Below, one piece after another: positions 35,025 to 38,392 of a DNA stretch of 38,392 bases (its first letter is position 1; each line of letters starts with the position of its first letter). A program made the translations under genes and the position numbers. Origin of the DNA: a virus (Duplodnaviria; Caudoviricetes); IMG/VR virus record IMGVR_UViG_3300044724_000815, positions 1 through 38,392 of that record; one strand, 5' to 3'. Under the pieces are notes generated by a model. The model did no database searches. It was not told where the DNA came from and saw only the letters and a program-made list of their open reading frames with translations.

Positions 35025-35652
35025 ACTCTTTAACATCATAATCATCACTCCATCTGTTTATTCTTGCTACTTCTGTTACATTACCATCACTATCTCTAGT
35101 GTCTTCATATAATGCTTTAAAAGCTGCCATATCAGAAGCTGCATCTATAGCTGCTTCAATAGCTGCACAGTCTGTCTTAATGTCTCCTACATATGTTCCA
35201 ACAGCACTTGGTATAGTTTTACTACTATCATATGCTTGTCGTTCTACAAGCCAATTAAATCTCTTTATAAGACCATTAGCTTGTTGTTTAGCTTTTTCTT
35301 TAGCTATAGATTTTAAACCTAATGTTACTGTTTGATTGCCTTTGTAATCTGTTATTGCATTACCATCTTCATCCACATCATTAGTATCTGTTAATACTTT
35401 ATCAGTTATAGTATAAGCAGTTGTTACTCTATTATTACTAGAATCAAATGTATAGGTAGCTTGTGAAGTATATTGAAATCTATCATCTCCTTTAGTACCT
35501 GTATCCACTACAGGATATATTCCTATAGCAGCTTTCTCAGCATCTGTATATTTTGTAAACATATTAGATGGATAACGAACCTCACCTATTACCAAAGATT
35601 TTGGTCTTTGATATATTTGTTCTATTTTATTATCCTTTATTAAAGCCCACAT
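35014..35652 (-). CDS. tail fibre assembly/chaperone-like protein
   Basis: YP..F....EK.AIGIY, W.V.R..IP..I..A pattern; AGGAG SD. Confidence 0.6.
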   Translation of the reverse strand: MWALIKDNKIEQIYQRPKSLVIGEVRYPSNMFTKYTDAEKAAIGIYPVVDTGTKGDDRFQYTSQATYTFDSSNNRVTTAYTITDKVLTDTNDVDEDGNAITDYKGNQTVTLGLKSIAKEKAKQQANGLIKRFNWLVERQAYDSSKTIPSAVGTYVGDIKTDCAAIEAAIDAASDMAAFKALYEDTRDSDGNVTEVARINRWSDDYDVKEYVR

Positions 35653-35663
35653 ATTATTCTCCT

Positions 35664-37406
35664 TTAGAATGTGTTATTATAACGAAATGGCACGTCACCA
35701 AAGCAACCATAAACAAAAGTACTGCTTTGATTTATAGTATTGTTACTAGTTCTGATTTTAAAGCCATTCGAAAGCATATCTATTGCTCTTGTACTTCCAT
35801 CAAATTCAGCAGTAGGATTTTCATATCTAAGAACTCTTGAAATACCTCTATTAAAAGGGTCTCTAGCTGTATCATAGACTACCCAGTCATCAGCATTATC
35901 TGCTTCTTTAATCCAAAGCATACGTGGTCTAAATCCTGTGTAAACAAATGGACCATCATCATTTATATTTCCTTCATAACTTCCAAACCTACTGTAGCCT
36001 TCAACATTATGCCACGCATAAGCAACATAAGTTTCACTATTTGCATTTACTCTACCTTCAGTACCAAAAGTTATAAGACTGTCAGTAGGCTCTGTATCAT
36101 TCCAAAAAAGAGTTGAAGTACCTGCAGCAGCATTACTATTTAAAGCAAGATATTTTGTAGCTCCTAAAGCACTATGATAAACTCCCCAAGTTTGAGAAGA
36201 ACTTCTTCTTTTAGTAAATATTAAATCTGGTTTAGCTGATAATCCATGTCCTATAGTTGCACCTGCACTTCCATTTCCTGTATAAGTCATAATGCTAAAC
36301 CCACCTTTAGTATTTGCTTGTACTGTAGAAGTTATTGAACCACTACCATTACTAGATGTTGTTCCTCCATTAGCCTTCCAAGACCATGATACAAAATTTA
36401 TAGAACTACCATTATATCCAGTTTCACTACCTAATGTAAAACCATCAGTACCAAATGCAGTTACACCATTACCTTCAGAAACATCTCCACCATCTGTATT
36501 AGACTTTAATGCTACTCCAACACCTCTTGTTGAATCAACTAATCTATTATCAGTACTATCATTTCTACCTTTAATCCATATTAGGTCAGGTTTAAATCCT
36601 AATCCTGTTATTGCATTAGTACTAGCATTACCACTATAAAGAACTGTATTAAAATTCTTAGCAGGATAATCAGTATCAGTTTGTGCAGGGTCTATGTCAT
36701 CTGATATGGGTAAGTTACCTGAACATGGTGCTAAAAAACCTGATGGTGGAGTATAGTAAAAATCTCCAAAACCATTACCATCAGCATTTCCTTGTGCTGT
36801 AGCTCTACCTGCAAAAGAACTATCCTGTCCTGCATTCATTGTATGCCAACAAGCATTATGAGAACCTGACCAAAAAGCCCAATTTCCACTAGCACTTGAG
36901 TTTAAAGTTTCAGCAGTCCCTACAGCACTACCATTTCTATAAAATTGAACTGTTTGTGTACCACTATCTAAATCTAGTGCCATTCCTATAATATCACCAT
37001 CTACCCATCTAGTGTTTGTAAAAGTTTGTGATGGATTGCTACCACCTGTTTGATTATTACATATACCAGTAGTTGTACTTGTTCCATCAACATCTCCACC
37101 TATATATTGTACTGTGTAATCATTAACTGTAGGGTTTCTTTGTCTATTATCATTGTACTTTGCATCAATGTTAGGAAAGTAATGGTCTACGACTGCTACA
37201 TAACCCCTTCCACTTTCACTTCTTACATAGATATAAAACTCAACATACCATTTACCAGAGTCAAAAGTAAAATTAGATGGTCTACCCCAACCTCCTGCAG
37301 TTGCATATCCTTGTAGATTACCAGTATCTAACTTACTATAAGTAGCAGAATAAGAATTTAAATAAGCTACTCTATTAAAAGTCATAAAATTTCCACTACT
37401 TGCCAT
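35664..37406 (-). CDS. tail fibre/receptor-binding protein (SPRY-like plus repeated beta domains)
   Basis: SGKWYVE..DIIGMALDLD..FYRNG; GFKPDLIWIK.R; GHGL..P..K.R. Confidence 0.75.
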   Translation of the reverse strand: MASSGNFMTFNRVAYLNSYSATYSKLDTGNLQGYATAGGWGRPSNFTFDSGKWYVEFYIYVRSESGRGYVAVVDHYFPNIDAKYNDNRQRNPTVNDYTVQYIGGDVDGTSTTTGICNNQTGGSNPSQTFTNTRWVDGDIIGMALDLDSGTQTVQFYRNGSAVGTAETLNSSASGNWAFWSGSHNACWHTMNAGQDSSFAGRATAQGNADGNGFGDFYYTPPSGFLAPCSGNLPISDDIDPAQTDTDYPAKNFNTVLYSGNASTNAITGLGFKPDLIWIKGRNDSTDNRLVDSTRGVGVALKSNTDGGDVSEGNGVTAFGTDGFTLGSETGYNGSSINFVSWSWKANGGTTSSNGSGSITSTVQANTKGGFSIMTYTGNGSAGATIGHGLSAKPDLIFTKRRSSSQTWGVYHSALGATKYLALNSNAAAGTSTLFWNDTEPTDSLITFGTEGRVNANSETYVAYAWHNVEGYSRFGSYEGNINDDGPFVYTGFRPRMLWIKEADNADDWVVYDTARDPFNRGISRVLRYENPTAEFDGSTRAIDMLSNGFKIRTSNNTINQSSTFVYGCFGDVPFRYNNTF

Positions 37407-37412
37407 ATCTAT

Positions 37413-38270
37413 TTAACTCCCAAATGTTGGACTATCAAGAACTTGATGGTCTGCACCAAGTCCTGCAGCAACTGCAAAATCATTATTGTTTCCTGAACTA
37501 TCATTTCCTAAATCTCCTGAATTTTCAAATTTAAGATGAAACCCATTTGTACCAAAGGTTGTACCACTAGGGTCTTTTGGAATCCACACCCCATTCTTTG
37601 ATTCACCAAATTGAGTAGCTGAATAAGATTGCCCATCTGCAAAAATTACTTCTGCTAAATAAGCATCTAAATCATTTCCACCATCTGTTCCTGCACCAAT
37701 AGAATGAACATCTCCATTTGTGTTGAATCTATTAAAATCTCCTGCAGGAATATTAGTAGTACATCTAGTTTTTAAATCACCATTTACATAATATTTAACT
37801 CTGCTACCTGATGATTGGCTTGTGTCTGCTTGAATAACTATATGCATCCATGCAGTTGTATCTCTGTAATACCCATCTATTCTATCATCTCCACCACTTG
37901 TTCCTCCAGATGTTCCACTTAATCCATACCATGCAATTCTATCTCTATTATCTAGAGCAGTTCCAGTTCCAGATGTTCCACCACCAGATTCAAAACCAAA
38001 GGCTGAACCTCCTCCACCAATTCCAGTTCCTCTACTAATAATCTGTTGCCATCCTGTATTACCACCATCTGCATAAGTTGAACTTCTTTTAACCCAACAT
38101 GAAAATGTAAACTTTGTTAAATCACTAGAAGTACCAAAAGTTCTACTTAAACTATCACTACTAGCTGCTTCAAATCTACAGCTCTGTTCTATCTGATGTG
38201 AATAAAATCCACCACCACCTGCACTTGCTGCTGCTGCAGCTCCCATTAAATTATTTTGAAAGACTCCCAT
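37413..38270 (-). CDS. concanavalin A/LamG-like tail protein
   Basis: FTFSCWVKR, RD..AWMHIV..D, YVNG, W.PK..FG.NGFHL.F..LGND.SG. Confidence 0.8.
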   Translation of the reverse strand: MGVFQNNLMGAAAAASAGGGGFYSHQIEQSCRFEAASSDSLSRTFGTSSDLTKFTFSCWVKRSSTYADGGNTGWQQIISRGTGIGGGGSAFGFESGGGTSGTGTALDNRDRIAWYGLSGTSGGTSGGDDRIDGYYRDTTAWMHIVIQADTSQSSGSRVKYYVNGDLKTRCTTNIPAGDFNRFNTNGDVHSIGAGTDGGNDLDAYLAEVIFADGQSYSATQFGESKNGVWIPKDPSGTTFGTNGFHLKFENSGDLGNDSSGNNNDFAVAAGLGADHQVLDSPTFGS

Positions 38271-38392
38271 TATGCGTATGCCTGTGAAATTACCATTTGA
38301 ATATCTCCACCAACTCCATCACTAGATGCTGATACAATAATATAATCTAATCTATCTACTGCACCATCTGCTGTTGATAAGGTTGGGTCTGT
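38270..38392 (-). CDS. C-terminal part of a tail fibre-like protein, truncated by the window edge
   Basis: TDPTLSTADGAVDRLDYIIVSASSDGVGGDIQMVISQAYA*; resembles the C-terminus of 33727..34647. Confidence 0.65.
   Translation of the reverse strand, partial: TDPTLSTADGAVDRLDYIIVSASSDGVGGDIQMVISQAYA

Noticed and set aside
23741-38038. Plus-strand ORFs in the late arm (e.g. 31846, 36292)
   Set aside because: Antisense shadows of structural genes
1-38392. tRNA, rRNA, integrase, IS elements, CRISPR arrays, alternative genetic code
   Set aside because: None recognised; genes tile densely under the standard code and use all three stop codons

Overview
AT-rich segment of a tailed dsDNA podovirus-like phage genome, probably marine. 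It has two convergent arms that meet near 21.0 kb. The + arm (1-21034) carries about 30 small early genes and a T7-like replisome (gp4-like primase/helicase, Tyr762-type family A DNA polymerase, gp2.5-like SSB, PD-(D/E)XK nucleases) with no phage RNA polymerase in the window. It also carries glutaredoxin, DUF3310, a B12-dependent class II RNR, Hsp20 with a ROSE-like thermometer, a glycosyltransferase/methyltransferase cluster, a 3-TM holin and TerS, and is driven by near-consensus sigma70 promoters. The - arm (20958-38392) carries an M15 endolysin, three large internal (ejection) proteins, a tail stabilisation protein and several tail fibre/lectin genes. The organisation resembles Zobellviridae/cobavirus-like phages; this is inferred from gene content, not from a search. 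Main oddities: CCG/CGG appears absent and GATC nearly absent; a SAM-methyltransferase-like domain sits inside the largest ejection protein; there is a five-domain glycan-modification cassette; a nuclease and SSB share one ORF with an internal promoter and RBS; one RBS is split by a hairpin; and a tail lectin gene is split in frame. All family calls come from motif recognition by eye.
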